Shown: positions 52,485 through 62,823, counted from the first letter of the stretch. The stretch is DNA of 64,000 nt from an uncultured bacterium (GCA_963749495.1 CAVVMW010000019.1:224001-288000), one strand, 5' to 3'. The notes: generated by a model from the sequence alone, not told the origin. Translations and numbers: made by a program.

Positions 52485-52610
52485 CCTCGCGGCCAGCCTG
52501 CTGCGGTTCACCCAGTCCGTTCTCCCGCAGGATCTGCTCGATGCTCGGCACACTCACCTCCTGGTGCCAGGTTTGCGCCAGCCTCCGCTGAATCGCTTCC
52601 AGTTTGAAAG
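52485..52610 (-). pseudogene. Transposase HTH fragment
   Basis: KLEAIQRRLAQTWHQEVSVPSIEQILRENGL. Confidence 0.45.
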
Positions 52611-52769
52611 CTGGTGTCATCCATAGCAGGGGTGCTTTCTTGGGCGCTCCTTACCATGAAAGGGCCGGCAAAAAACCCCACCAGAAATTATTTCCGAACA
52701 GCGCCATCGTAAATGCCTGATTCAACGCGAGTTATGAAAACGCCTTTTTCGGTGTGCCGGTTTGCTCAG

Positions 52770-52826
52770 ACCTCTGAAGATGTGGTAAATCGCCCCGGGG
52801 TATTCGACCCTGATTTGGCGCGGCAT
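52770..52826 (-). pseudogene. RAYT-type transposase 5' fragment
   Basis: MPRQIRVEYPGAIYHIFRG. Confidence 0.65.
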
Positions 52827-52896
52827 CGGCAACACGCTGCCCGTACCCCCTGGCGTTCCGTCAAGTGAAAAGTTATGGCCCCTTTCCCGCGATAGA

Positions 52897-53154
52897 ATGG
52901 TGTTTACCAAAGGCGGCCTGCCTATCAGCCTTGCCGCCAAGGAAGCGGAACTACTGCGGTTGCTCATCAACCATCGGGGCCAGGTGCTGACCCGCGAGCA
53001 GATTCTCCATCAAGTGTGGAGCGAACAACCGTTCATCACCGAGCGCACGGTGGACGTCCATATCGCTTGGTTGCGGCAAAAACTGGAGGAGAAACCCCAA
53101 TCCCCCAGGCATATACTGACAGCGCGTGGGGAGGGGTATCGCTTCCAGCATTGA
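52897..53154 (+). pseudogene. OmpR/PhoB winged-helix fragment, receiver domain missing
   Basis: KEAELLRLL...VLTREQIL..VW...RTVDVHIAWLRQKLE...RGEGYRF. Confidence 0.8.
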
Positions 53155-53255
53155 CCAAATTGTCACTGTCCGTCGTCTACGATTCTCTCCGAAGCCATGC
53201 GCCAGCCAAACTTCGCCGCTGACAAGCAGCATGATTCTGCTAAATTAACCCCAAG

Positions 53256-53496
53256 ATGAAATCGGGCCTGCCATTGATTTATCCGCCGGAAGTGCCGATC
53301 TGGGTTGATCCGGAGCGCCTTAGCGGCGCGCCCTGCTTCAAGGGCACCCGCGTGCCGGTGGACAGCTTGTTCACCAATCTCGAAAGCGGCCTCAGTCTCG
53401 ACGAGTACCTCGACTGTTTTCCAGAACGTCACCCGCCAGCAGGCGGTGGCCGTGCTCGAATACGCCCACAAACTGACGCTCCAACCCGCAGCGTGA
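53256..53496 (+). CDS. DUF433 antitoxin, frameshift near 53425
   Basis: DPERLSGAPCFKGTRVPV..L...L..G.SLDEYLDCFP / VTRQQAVAVLEYA. Confidence 0.8.
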
Positions 53497-53743
53497 AAAT
53501 TCTGCTCGACGCATGCACGCCCCGTCCATTGCGCAGGTTCCTACCGGGCCACTCTGTTAGCACGGCACAGGAGATGGGTTGGGGGGCATTGAAGAACGGC
53601 GATCTGCTCCGGCAAGCCGAAGGGCAATTCGAGGCGTTCATCTCGACCGATCAGAACCTCAAATACCAGCAGCAGGTCGTTGGAAGGAAGCTCGCGATTC
53701 TTGTTTTGCCGACCAACGACTGGCCCACGATCCGTTCTCAAAA
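53493..53743 (+). pseudogene. DUF5615 / PIN-like toxin truncated by an insertion
   Basis: VKILLDAC...V.TA.EMGW..LKNGDLL...ISTDQNL.YQQ. Confidence 0.75.
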
Positions 53744-54829
53744 CCATTGGGGTCATGCCTTGTCATTTGGACAATTGGCACTTGACGCCGGGATTCCGGG
53801 ATGATTCCATTGGCCCATGGCACGGGCGTTGCGCATCGAACGGACGGGCGGGGGGTATCACATCACCGCCCGCGGCAATGAACGCCAGGACATCTTCCGT
53901 GATGACGCAGACCATTTCCATTTTTTCGTATCCCGGTTACGCCGGCTACCGCCCGCCGCTGGCGTGGGTCTGGCGCCAGCCGCTGGCCCGGTTATGTGGC
54001 GGCAACAGTCCCCAGGAGTAACGCTTGACGTGGCCCGGACGCAGGCACGCCATGGCATCTCCACAACTTGGCGCAACCTCGTGCAGTTTGGGGTTGGCTG
54101 TTGTCCCGGAGGGACTACCCGACAATAGCCCGGCGCTTCAGCGCCGGGGACTGCGGTACAATCGTCGGTCCGTCCCGAAGGGACGGCTGAACCGGCCTCA
54201 AGCGTCCCTTCGGGACGCTGACCCCTCCGGGCATCCGACCCGGCGCTGAAGCGCCGGGCTATTGTCATGATGTCCCTCCGGGACAGGATCCCGGCCCAGA
54301 TTATCGCTCTTAGCGAGGCCAGCGTCGGGCCACTACCTGAACAGTCACCCCCAGGAGCAGTGCGCGGGGATTCGGAACTACACTGAAGGGGCGCTGCTCC
54401 AGGGCGGCGTCGAGCCATCTCGGGCGCGCGTGGTGGGCGGCCTGGCGCTGGGGAGCGAGGCTTTCGCGCAGCGACCCAGGGGCGATGCCCGCGGCAACCC
54501 GCCTGAGCAGGCATCGCTCCGGAGCGCGCCCGAGGCGTCGGCCTGGCCGAGGATCCTCTCCGGCTTGGAGCCAGCCAAGGGCGAAAGCTGGAGCAGCTTC
54601 GCCGAGCGGCATGGCGACTGGGGCCGCGACGCGGCGCTGTGGCTGGGTCGGCGAACCGCCCGTTTCCATTTAGCCGAGCTGGGCAAGTCAACTGGCGGTT
54701 TGCACTACGCCGTAGTGGGCAAAGCCCTCGCCCGCTTTGGCCGGCGCCTCGAAGCCGATCCCCGCCTGCGAGAAGAAATAGCCGCAATCTTGGACCGATT
54801 GTCCAAATGACAAGACATGGCCCCAATGG
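53744..54829 (+). mobile_element. Decayed RAYT-type element with 32-bp terminal inverted repeats
   Basis: ccattggggtcatgccttgtcatttggacaat / attgtccaaatgacaagacatggccccaatgg; N-terminus MARALRIE..GGYHITARGNERQDIF (53817); C-terminal HTH ends 54810; REPIN C inserted at 54103-54285. Confidence 0.75.
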
Positions 54830-54847
54830 GTTTGACGGCGGCGCGCG

Positions 54848-55147
54848 TTGCGGGAGTGCCAAAGGTGGTCCGACGTGGTGCAGGCGGTTGAACAGGCGCG
54901 CGCTGAGCCGTGGCAGGAACTGGCCGGGCGGCACGGTGACCCAGCTTTGGGGATGGCCCTCTATGTCGCCCGACGAAGCACAGGCGTGACGCTGCGGGCC
55001 TGGGGGAAGCGGCGGGCGGGTTGGATTACACGGCCTTGAGTATGGCGATCAAGCGCTTCGGGCAGCGGGTGGCCAAGGACAGGGCCCTGCGACTGACGAC
55101 CGAACGCTTGCTGGCGGGGGCGCAAATGTGAAATGTGAAGATGTGAC
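54848..55147 (+). pseudogene. Second RAYT C-terminal HTH fragment
   Basis: W..VVQAVE....EPW......HGD....ALYVARR.TG.TL, paralogous to 54540-54810. Confidence 0.6.
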
Positions 55148-55169
55148 TTTATCGGGACCATCCGCCCGA

Positions 55170-56073
55170 TTACGGCCACTCCCCGTGCCCACAGGACTCC
55201 GGGTGCGGCTGGTGGTCGTAATTCCACAAAGCGGCGCTTTTCGTGAAACTGGCAAGGTACACAATCTTCATCGCGCTGACGTGGCCGTCGCAAAACAGCA
55301 CATTGAACATAGTTCCATGTTGTGGAGGCCTTTGGATGATATGCTGGAAAGGGTCTTGGGTCGTCCGTGCCGGCAAACAATCATTAAAGTCCATGCATGC
55401 GTTGGTTGGGCATCCTGGCTGGAACGTCATGGAAACCTGTCGCCGCGTCAGTTATCGTAATCATCTCGGCCGGTGCCGCGACCAGAGGTTCGGTGACAGG
55501 CCACGCCGGCCAGATGCCGTTGAAGCCGATCGGTGAGTCGCCAAATCCCCACGTGAATCGGCCCCCGTGGGCAGCACGCCCAACCCCGTCAGGCCCGTCG
55601 TTGTTCGAGGCGCCCATCCGGTTGTACGCATAGCTTCCAACCCAACCGATGGTAGGCGCGCCATTATTAAGAACAAAAGAGGTTCTGCTGTCAGAGATCA
55701 GGCCTCGGTAACCCGGGCAATGGTAGGAGGGGTTGGTCCAGCGAAGGGGGCGGTAAGGCGACAGCGCGTCCTCCCATTTGAAGGTATTGTTTTTTAGCGA
55801 ATCGGTCTGGATGCCTTGACTATAAAAAGGATACTGGCTGTGGTTGTCCTGCAAGTACATGTGCAGCGCCAAATCCATTTGGTGAAGATTGCTCGTGCAC
55901 TTGATCCGGTAGGCCTCCGCCTTGGCCCTCGAGAGCGCCGGAAGGAGCATCGCGGCGAGGATCCCGATGACCGCGATGACCACCAGCAGTTCGACCAGCG
56001 TGAAGCCAACACCTCCTGTGCGGCAGCCTGCTCGGACAAGGCCGCACCTTCCGAGGACATTTGTTCGTTTCAT
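55170..56073 (-). CDS. Prepilin-type / H-X9-DG protein, frameshift near 55440
   Basis: [26 protein letters not shown]-terminal [15 protein letters not shown] in another frame. Confidence 0.8.
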
Positions 56074-56405
56074 ATACAGCCGATCCCTTCGCACCGGGCC
56101 TTAAGGCCAAACCCACCCAGCATGCTGGCGCAAGGTTTGACCACCGAGCGCATTGAACGCCTTGGCGCGCCTCTTGTCAAGTGCGCATTTGGACGCACAT
56201 CGATTTCGCAAGAGGGCCTGGATTTGGCGGTGGGGGCAGGAGTTCGTTTTTTTTTCCAGACCGCCGTCCCGCGTCCTGCTGGCCTGGGTCTCCCCATTGA
56301 AGGCAAAGCGTGGCTGTGAGCCCGCCGCCGGTTCTACTCGGCTGGCGGCCCCGGTATCCAGAGCCCTTTGGCTGTATGGATGGTGTTTCTGTTGCTTTGT
56401 CTGGC

Positions 56406-56553
56406 TTAACCGCTGAAGAACGGCATGGGCCACCCGCAGAGCAGCGAGCGGTAAATGCGCTTGCGCAGCTCCTGAAGGGTCACCTTGCCCAACCGAAAGA
56501 GTTTGCCATGCACAATGGCGAAGGCGTGAAAGAGCGTGAAGGCGATGATCTTT
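56406..56553 (-). pseudogene. Possible transposase C-terminal fragment
   Basis: KIIAFTLFHAFAIVHGKLFRLGKVTLQELRKRIYRSL, cut at the 56554 repeat. Confidence 0.35.
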
Positions 56554-56610
56554 ACTGATAGGAATTTGCTTTTTTGCCGCGTCGGCGGTTATTGACGCTG
56601 CGCGGGTGAG
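56554..56610 (-). mobile_element. IS91/ISCR oriIS-like end, copy 1
   Basis: Reverse strand ends ...gcaaattcctatcagt; identical to 57618-57675 except one indel. Confidence 0.55.
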
Positions 56611-56847
56611 CTCCTGCTCGAGAAAGTATCGGAGTAATCATCCGCTCCGCATCCGCCCCCGTGCGACGGGGGCAGACCGGGCGATGAAGCCCGGAAAAAC
56701 TCGTGAATAAGAATCCAGCAGCAGTTGCCCTGGGCCGGCTGGCGGCGGGGCGGCCCAAACATTTTTCGGCGGCTGTGCTAGCTGTGCTCAAGGACCGGCT
56801 GGCCGCGGCGCGCAAGAGGCGCTGGCCCGGGAAGCGCCGGAAGAACT

Positions 56848-56916
56848 AACCGCAAAGAACGCAAAGAACGCAGAGAGGGAATGCCCTTCTCTGCGTTCTT
56901 TGCGTTCTTTGCGGTT
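56848..56916. repeat. Inverted 9-mer arrays (CGCAAAGAA)n / (TTCTTTGCG)n forming a long hairpin
   Basis: Read directly; lies just 3' of the Sel1 gene. Confidence 0.85.
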
Positions 56917-56927
56917 ATCAACTCCGG

Positions 56928-57590
56928 TCACTTGCTCCAGGCCCCGGAGCCGATCTCCTTGAGCAATGCCTTCGCATCTTCATCCCCGCCATGGGCCGCC
57001 TGGCTGAGCAGTTCCATGGCCTTGCCCAAATCTTTTTCCACGCGTTTGCCCTCCAGGTAGCGCCTGCCCATCTCGCGCAACCCGAACCTGTCCCCTTCTG
57101 CTGCCAATGTCCGGTGCAGCGCAAGGCTGGCCGCATCCTGCTGCTCTTTGCGCGCCGCCGCTTGCTCCTCGTGAGTAGGGATGGATGGCGGTGGAATGGG
57201 TCTGGAAACCGGTGCAGGCGTGGCCGCGACGCTCGGCAACTCAACCTGGTCAGCCTTGGGCGCGGCAATCCGAGGCGGAGAAAGCCGGCGAAGGCCCGGG
57301 CTCAAAAGGCAAAAGGCTCCCAGGAGGATAATCAGGAGGCCGGGCAAACCAACCGCGGCGGAAATCCCGCTCCGGACCTGCCCGGCCAGCGGCATCGGGC
57401 TGCCGCATTGCGTGCAGCGAAAGGGCCGGCTTCCATTGATGGCCGCCGCAATTATCCAGACCGGAATCCAGAGGCCGCAGAGAAACAGCGTGACCAGGCC
57501 GTGCGCCAGGTGGCTCACCCCCTCCTTTTCAAACAGCCTGGATTCGCCGCACACCGGGCAGAGACCCTGGGCCTGTAATCGCTTGGCCAT
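56928..57590 (-). CDS. Membrane protein with LITAF-like zinc ribbon and Sel1 repeat
   Basis: CPVC...HLAHGLVTLFLCGLWIPVW...CTQCG; C-terminal MGRRYLEG..VEKD..KA..L..AA..G. Confidence 0.7.
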   Translation of the reverse strand: MAKRLQAQGLCPVCGESRLFEKEGVSHLAHGLVTLFLCGLWIPVWIIAAAINGSRPFRCTQCGSPMPLAGQVRSGISAAVGLPGLLIILLGAFCLLSPGLRRLSPPRIAAPKADQVELPSVAATPAPVSRPIPPPSIPTHEEQAAARKEQQDAASLALHRTLAAEGDRFGLREMGRRYLEGKRVEKDLGKAMELLSQAAHGGDEDAKALLKEIGSGAWSK

Positions 57591-57617
57591 AGATCACCTT
57601 GGGCGGATTCGCCTTTG

Positions 57618-57984
57618 ACTGATAGGAATTTGCTTTTTTGCCGCGTCGGCGGTTATTTGACGCTGCGCGGGTGAGGGAGAATTGGTTTTGCGTCCCGCTC
57701 ATTCGGTTGCTATGCTGCCAGACGGGGACGAGGGTGTCAAGCGGCAGAGTTTGCCGGTTTGTGCGGAGCACGGGCGCCTTGGGGCGTGCTCCCGCCTAGG
57801 GCCGGCTCAGCGGCCGCAAGTTGCGCGGCAGGGATGGCGGCTCGATGCCGGGCGAGCCGGGAGGATTGGGCCGCCAGGTAAAGGCCCGCCTCCGAACCGG
57901 CCTTCCAGAGGATGATTCTCAATCCGTGAGCACGTTTTCGTAATCGGGCATCGGGTCCGCGTCGGCACAGGATTCGTAGGTATA
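57618..57984 (-). mobile_element. IS91/ISCR-like 3' remnant: transposase C-terminus plus oriIS-like end, copy 2
   Basis: YTYESCADADPMPDYENVLTD* (stop 57919) about 300 bp upstream of the oriIS-like motif. Confidence 0.5.
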
Positions 57985-57987
57985 GGA

Positions 57988-58135
57988 AAGGGGTCAGCCT
58001 TACATTGTGCATTTTCGGGTGACAGCACGGACGGGGCAGCCACAATGGCACCATGCCGCGCCAACTGCGCATTCAGTTTCCGGGTGCCGTGTACCATCTG
58101 ATGAGCCGTGGGGATCGGCGCGATGACATTCACGA
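57988..58135 (+). pseudogene. RAYT-type transposase 5' fragment with GGGGTCA end motif
   Basis: aaggggtcagccttacatt..., then MPRQLRIQFPGAVYHLMSRGDRRDDI from 58053. Confidence 0.7.
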
Positions 58136-58488
58136 AAACCCGCCATTGCCGCTTCGCGGGCGGCCAAAATCCACCCCATCGATAGCCGGCCCAAGCGTAA
58201 AAACTCCGCATTGTCCGAACAGTCCGCGCTGTCCTTGGACACGAGGGCTGGAGGCGGCGCAAAGTGGCGTCGATGAGAAATTCCAGCTTTCAATCCCTCC
58301 AACTGGACCGCCGCCGCGCTGACCGCATCGAAGCCGAGGCCCAAGCCAAGCAAGCCCAAGCCGACTTCCGCGCCCGCATCCTCCACGCAGCCGGGCAGCA
58401 ATCCCTCTCCGAGCTCCTCGCCTCTGGCGACCCGGCCCTCCGAGCCCTGGGCGCTGAATTCTCAAAATGCGTCGCCGCCGAGGAGAGG

Positions 58489-58556
58489 AAACGTGAAACG
58501 TGAAACGTGAAACGTGAAACGTGAACCCTGAACCCTGAACCCTGAACCCTGAACCT
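58489..58556. repeat. Heptamer arrays (AACGTGA)x5 then (ACCCTGA)x4
   Basis: Read directly. Confidence 0.9.
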
Positions 58557-58641
58557 TAAAGCCAATTAAAGTCAATTAAACCGCTTGAAGTGAAAAAAGG
58601 AGGCCATGTCGAGTTTCCGAAGATCCTGTTAAACGGCGGAG

Positions 58642-58790
58642 ATGCAGAGAATTTTGTCTCGGTTTATGGCAAGCCGCCGTTTCAAGAATAAGTCTGAAGT
58701 CATCCGTGCCCGCCTCCGCCTTCTGGAGGATCACGAGGCCAAGGCGCCGGCCGCGAGCCGAGGGGATCTGGATCGCTTCATAGAGAGTAA
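58642..58790 (+). pseudogene. ParD-like ribbon-helix-helix antitoxin fragment
   Basis: SRRFKNKSEVIRARLRLLEDHE. Confidence 0.55.
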
Positions 58791-58798
58791 CTGTTCAG

Positions 58799-58914
58799 GT
58801 GTGGGGCAGACCTCTGGTCTGCCGGTTCACGGAGCCTCTGGCTCCGTGTCCCCTGCACCTGCGAGGCTCGGGGCCAGAGGCCCCTGCAACCGGCAGACCG
58901 GAGGTCTGCCCCAC
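58799..58914. repeat. Palindromic REP-like element
   Basis: gtggggcagacctctggtctgccggtt ... aaccggcagaccggaggtctgccccac. Confidence 0.85.
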
Positions 58915-59139
58915 GCGTCCCGCCTGAACAGTTTCCATAGAGATTGCCTTGACCGGCCCGCGTCCACTCGTTCCAGCAAAGGCATTACTCCGGCGGCGAT
59001 CAAGGCGATGACAACGGTGCCGGCAGAACACGCAGAATACGCAGAAACTCGCATGGACCCCTTCAGTTCTGCGTGGTCTGCGGGCGCATCTCCGCCCTTC
59101 CGGCTTGCCATCCTGCTGGGGCGCCTTACCCTGGTTTTC

Positions 59140-62100
59140 ATGAAACCTCGAATCGTTCCCCTCCTGCTGCCGCTCCTTTCGGCCGCCGTTTGCTGCGGGT
59201 TGCCTCGGGCAGCGGCCCGAGGCGGCGAGGCGGCGCCTGGCAACCTGGCCCTGGGCGCCCGCGCCTCGGCCTTCGAGTCTTACCAGGGGATGACGCCCAA
59301 CCTGGCCAACGACGGCAACCCGGACACGCGCTGGTTGGGGATTCCGGGCCACAACACCGGCGGATGGTTTGAACTGGATTGGGACAAGCCGGTCCGGGTC
59401 GGCGAGGTGGTCGTGTTCCAGCACGACCGCTACGTGAAGGAGATGGACCTGCAGGTCTGGGACGAGCAAGGGCAGGGCTGGGTCACGCTCGAGCACCTGG
59501 GCAGCCCGGACCAGCGCCTGCCCCGCGTCGTGGTCTGCCGGTTCAAATCGCGTTCGACCTCGCGCGTGCGCCTGGCCAACATCACTAACGGCCCAAGCTT
59601 CACCGAGGTCCAGGTCTTCGAGCAGCCGTTCTCGCGTCCCCCGGCCATCACCATGGCTTCGGATGCGGACGGCCGCTTCATCGGGATGGTTTGCGACGAG
59701 TGGGGGAGCGCCCCGGTGGCCGGGGCCGAGGTCTCGCTCGAGGGCGCGGCCAAATCCGGCGCATGGCACGCCGCGGCGCGCAGCGATGAATACGGCCTGT
59801 TTTTTGCCCCGATGCCGCTCGGGCTGACGGGCACGGTGAGCGTGACTGCGCGCCTGCCGGGCGCGGAGTCCCAAGCCGACCACACGGTCGCGGCTCAGGC
59901 GGACGCCGCCGGCTTCCAATACGGTCTGACCCCGGAGAGCCTGGAGCGGCGAAAGCTCAGCCTCGACGGCCCCTGGCGGTTTGCCCCCGACCCGCCGGCC
60001 TTTTGGGAACCTGGCTTCGACGACCGGGCCTGGTCCGGCATCCACGTGCCGGCCCACATCGCCATGGAGGGATTTCAGTCCACCGAGGGCGTGGGCGGCT
60101 ACCGCACGCACTTTCGGGCGCCTCCCGGCTCGGGAAGATTGAAGCTGCGCTTTGACGGCGTCTATAGCGGCGGCGAGGTCTGGGTCAATGGCCGGCGGCT
60201 CGCTTATCATGAAGGCGGGGCGCTGCCCTTCGAGGTGGACATCACGGACGCCGCCACACGCCGCGACAACGTCCTGGCGGTCCGCGTGACCCAGCACACG
60301 GTGGTCAGCGACCAGTTGGACAAGATGAGCGAGTATGCCGATTTCCCGCTGGCCGGCATCATGCGGCCGGTCTGGCTGTTTCGCGTCCCGGCCATTCACA
60401 TCGGCGCGCTGGAACTGACGACACGATTCGATGAGGGCTATCGCGACGCCCGGGTCGATGCGCGCGCGGCCATCGTCAACGAATTGTCGGAGGCCCCGCC
60501 GGAGGCAGAGCTGGAGGTGCGGCTGCTCGACCCGGAGCAGCGCCCCGTGCCGGGCGGCGCCCAGACGGTCGTGGTGGAGGCGCGCCCCTGGGAGCGCGCG
60601 GCCGCGCAGCTTGGCTTGCCCGTCAGGGCGCCTCGCCATTGGGAGGCCGAACACCCGGCCTGCTACGTCCTCGAGGCGGCGCTCAAGGTCAAAGGCCGCG
60701 TGCTCGACAGGGTCGCCCAGCACATTGGCTTTCGCCAGACCGACATCCGGGACGGCCAACTCCTTATCAATGGGCAGCCGGTCAAAATTCGCGGCACCTG
60801 CCACCACGATTCGCACCCGCTGCTGGGCCGCGCGGTCACCCCGGCCCTGGCCCGCCAGGACCTCGAACTGATGAAGGAGGCCAACCTCAACTCATTGCGC
60901 ACGTCCCATTACCCGCCCTTGCCGGCGCTGCTGGACGCCGCCGACGAACTGGGCGTGTATGTCGAAGACGAAGGCTCGTTCTGCTGGGCCGATGTCACGG
61001 ACGACCTGCGGCTGACCCCGCGCGTCATGCAACTCAACGCCGAACTGCTCGCGCGGGATCGAAATCATCCCAGCGTCTTTATATGGTCGGTCTGCAACGA
61101 GAGCGCGTTTGGCTACGGATTGGAGCGCGCCCACCAATGGATGCGCGCCGCCGACCCCAGCCGGCCCAACGCGGGCAGTTGGGCCCGGGGCCTGGTCGAG
61201 ATCACCGTCGAGCACAATCCCATTACCGTGGCCGGCATCGAGCGGATGGAAAGGGCCTCCAAACCGGTCCTTTGGGACGAGTGCTGGTGCATCTACCAGG
61301 GCATTTGGGGCGACGTAGCCGAAATGTGGCTGGACCCGGGCATTCGCGATTATTATGCGGAGCCGCTCCCGGCTATCTATGCGCGGATGATGCAGAGCCG
61401 GAACGTCGCCGGCTCCCAGATTTGGGCATGGTCGGACGACATCTTTTGCGTGCCCAACCGCGGCCTCGAATACGGGCGCCAGGCCACGGCGTGCCATTTC
61501 ATCGAATCCGAGTACCGCTTGCCGGGCCGCGGGTTGGTGGGCGATGCGCCCTGGGGCGTGGTGGACGGCTGGCGGCGCAAGAAACCGGAATTCTGGATTA
61601 CCAAGAAACTGCACTCGCCGGTGAAACTCAAGGAGGCGCCCGTGCCGCTGCCGGCGCCGGGCGCGCCCATTCGCCTGACGGTCGAGAACCAATACGATTT
61701 CACCGACCTGGCCGAACTGAACATCGGTTGGCAGATTGGCCCCGAGCACGGCAGAGCGCGCGCCGCGGTGCCGCCCCATCAAACCGGCGGCGTGGTGTTG
61801 GAGCCGGCGCGGGTGCCCGCAGCCGGGGCGGCGCTGCTCATCGAGTTCAGGGATCGTTCCGGGCGCCTGGTCGATGCCTATCGCCTTCCCTTGGGCCAGG
61901 CGGTCGCGTCCATGCCGCCACTGCGCACCCCCGGCCCGGGGCCCCTGCAAATCGTCCGCGAGAATTACCTGGCCGGCGAGGGAACGCGCGTGGTGGGCCA
62001 GGGATTCGAATTGGCCTTTGACCAGGCCAGCGGCCAATTGCGCCGCGGCGTTGGCTTTGGGCAAGCCCTCCTGCTGGAGATGCCCAGGGTCCACGTGCTG

Positions 62101-62781
62101 CCCTCGGCAACCCCGCTTTCGCCCCTGCCCGACCCGTTGAGCTGGCGCCTGCGCAAGCTCGATGTCCGCCAGGAAGCCGGCAACGTGCGCGTTCTGCTCC
62201 AAGGCGGCTACGAGCATTTTGAGGGCGGCTACGACCTGCTCATCACCCCCGGCGGCGCGCTGACCGTCCAGTCCAACTTCAAGTACGCCGGGCCCAAGCT
62301 CCTGGCGCGCGAGATTGGCCTGGCTTTTTCCGTGCCCAGGGACTGCGACCTGCTGCGCTGGCAGCGGCAGGCCGAGTGGAGCGTTTATCCCGAAGACCAC
62401 ATCGGCCGGCCCCTGGGCCAGACCCGCACCTTCATCCCGCATCCCGGCGCCCTGCCGCCCTCCTGGCCCTGGGCGGCCGACAATTCGCCCATGGGCTGCA
62501 ACGATTTCCGCAGCACCAAACGCCATATCAACTGGGCTGCCATCAGCTACCCCGATGGCCCGGGCGTCTGGGCCGACTCCGACGGCTCGCAGCACCTTCG
62601 CGCCATGGTCGCACCGGACCGCATCCTGGTTCACATCAACGATTGGTATGGCGGGACCCATTGCGGCCTCGGCGAATGGACCGGCAACTACGGCGAAGGC
62701 AAACCGCTGGAGCCCGGCCAGGTCCTCCAATCCACCGCCAGGCTGCGGCTCGCCCAGCCAGAAATGCGGATGCCGCGGTAA
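59140..62781 (+). CDS. Secreted GH2 glycoside hydrolase (beta-galactosidase-like) with N-terminal F5/8 discoidin domain
   Basis: LRFDGVYS, GFRQ, ANLNSLRTSHYP, RNHPSVFIWSVCNES; N-terminal NLALG..ANDGN..TRW. Confidence 0.9.
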   Translation: MKPRIVPLLLPLLSAAVCCGLPRAAARGGEAAPGNLALGARASAFESYQGMTPNLANDGNPDTRWLGIPGHNTGGWFELDWDKPVRVGEVVVFQHDRYVKEMDLQVWDEQGQGWVTLEHLGSPDQRLPRVVVCRFKSRSTSRVRLANITNGPSFTEVQVFEQPFSRPPAITMASDADGRFIGMVCDEWGSAPVAGAEVSLEGAAKSGAWHAAARSDEYGLFFAPMPLGLTGTVSVTARLPGAESQADHTVAAQADAAGFQYGLTPESLERRKLSLDGPWRFAPDPPAFWEPGFDDRAWSGIHVPAHIAMEGFQSTEGVGGYRTHFRAPPGSGRLKLRFDGVYSGGEVWVNGRRLAYHEGGALPFEVDITDAATRRDNVLAVRVTQHTVVSDQLDKMSEYADFPLAGIMRPVWLFRVPAIHIGALELTTRFDEGYRDARVDARAAIVNELSEAPPEAELEVRLLDPEQRPVPGGAQTVVVEARPWERAAAQLGLPVRAPRHWEAEHPACYVLEAALKVKGRVLDRVAQHIGFRQTDIRDGQLLINGQPVKIRGTCHHDSHPLLGRAVTPALARQDLELMKEANLNSLRTSHYPPLPALLDAADELGVYVEDEGSFCWADVTDDLRLTPRVMQLNAELLARDRNHPSVFIWSVCNESAFGYGLERAHQWMRAADPSRPNAGSWARGLVEITVEHNPITVAGIERMERASKPVLWDECWCIYQGIWGDVAEMWLDPGIRDYYAEPLPAIYARMMQSRNVAGSQIWAWSDDIFCVPNRGLEYGRQATACHFIESEYRLPGRGLVGDAPWGVVDGWRRKKPEFWITKKLHSPVKLKEAPVPLPAPGAPIRLTVENQYDFTDLAELNIGWQIGPEHGRARAAVPPHQTGGVVLEPARVPAAGAALLIEFRDRSGRLVDAYRLPLGQAVASMPPLRTPGPGPLQIVRENYLAGEGTRVVGQGFELAFDQASGQLRRGVGFGQALLLEMPRVHVLPSATPLSPLPDPLSWRLRKLDVRQEAGNVRVLLQGGYEHFEGGYDLLITPGGALTVQSNFKYAGPKLLAREIGLAFSVPRDCDLLRWQRQAEWSVYPEDHIGRPLGQTRTFIPHPGALPPSWPWAADNSPMGCNDFRSTKRHINWAAISYPDGPGVWADSDGSQHLRAMVAPDRILVHINDWYGGTHCGLGEWTGNYGEGKPLEPGQVLQSTARLRLAQPEMRMPR

Positions 62782-62789
62782 GCAACGTC

Positions 62790-62823
62790 CGAGGGTCGAG
62801 GGTCGAGGGTCGAGGGTCGAGGG
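62790..62823. repeat. (GAGGGTC)n heptamers, inverted partner of 63719-63779
   Basis: Read directly. Confidence 0.85.

Noticed and set aside
53256..53804. DUF433-PIN fusion protein
   Set aside because: Explained by a 1-nt frameshift near 53425; the normal GTGA overlap of two genes is present at 53493.
58642..59139. 166-aa N-terminal extension of the GH2 protein
   Set aside because: Made of a ParD-like stub, a palindrome and 9-mer repeats; the signal peptide starts at ATG 59140.
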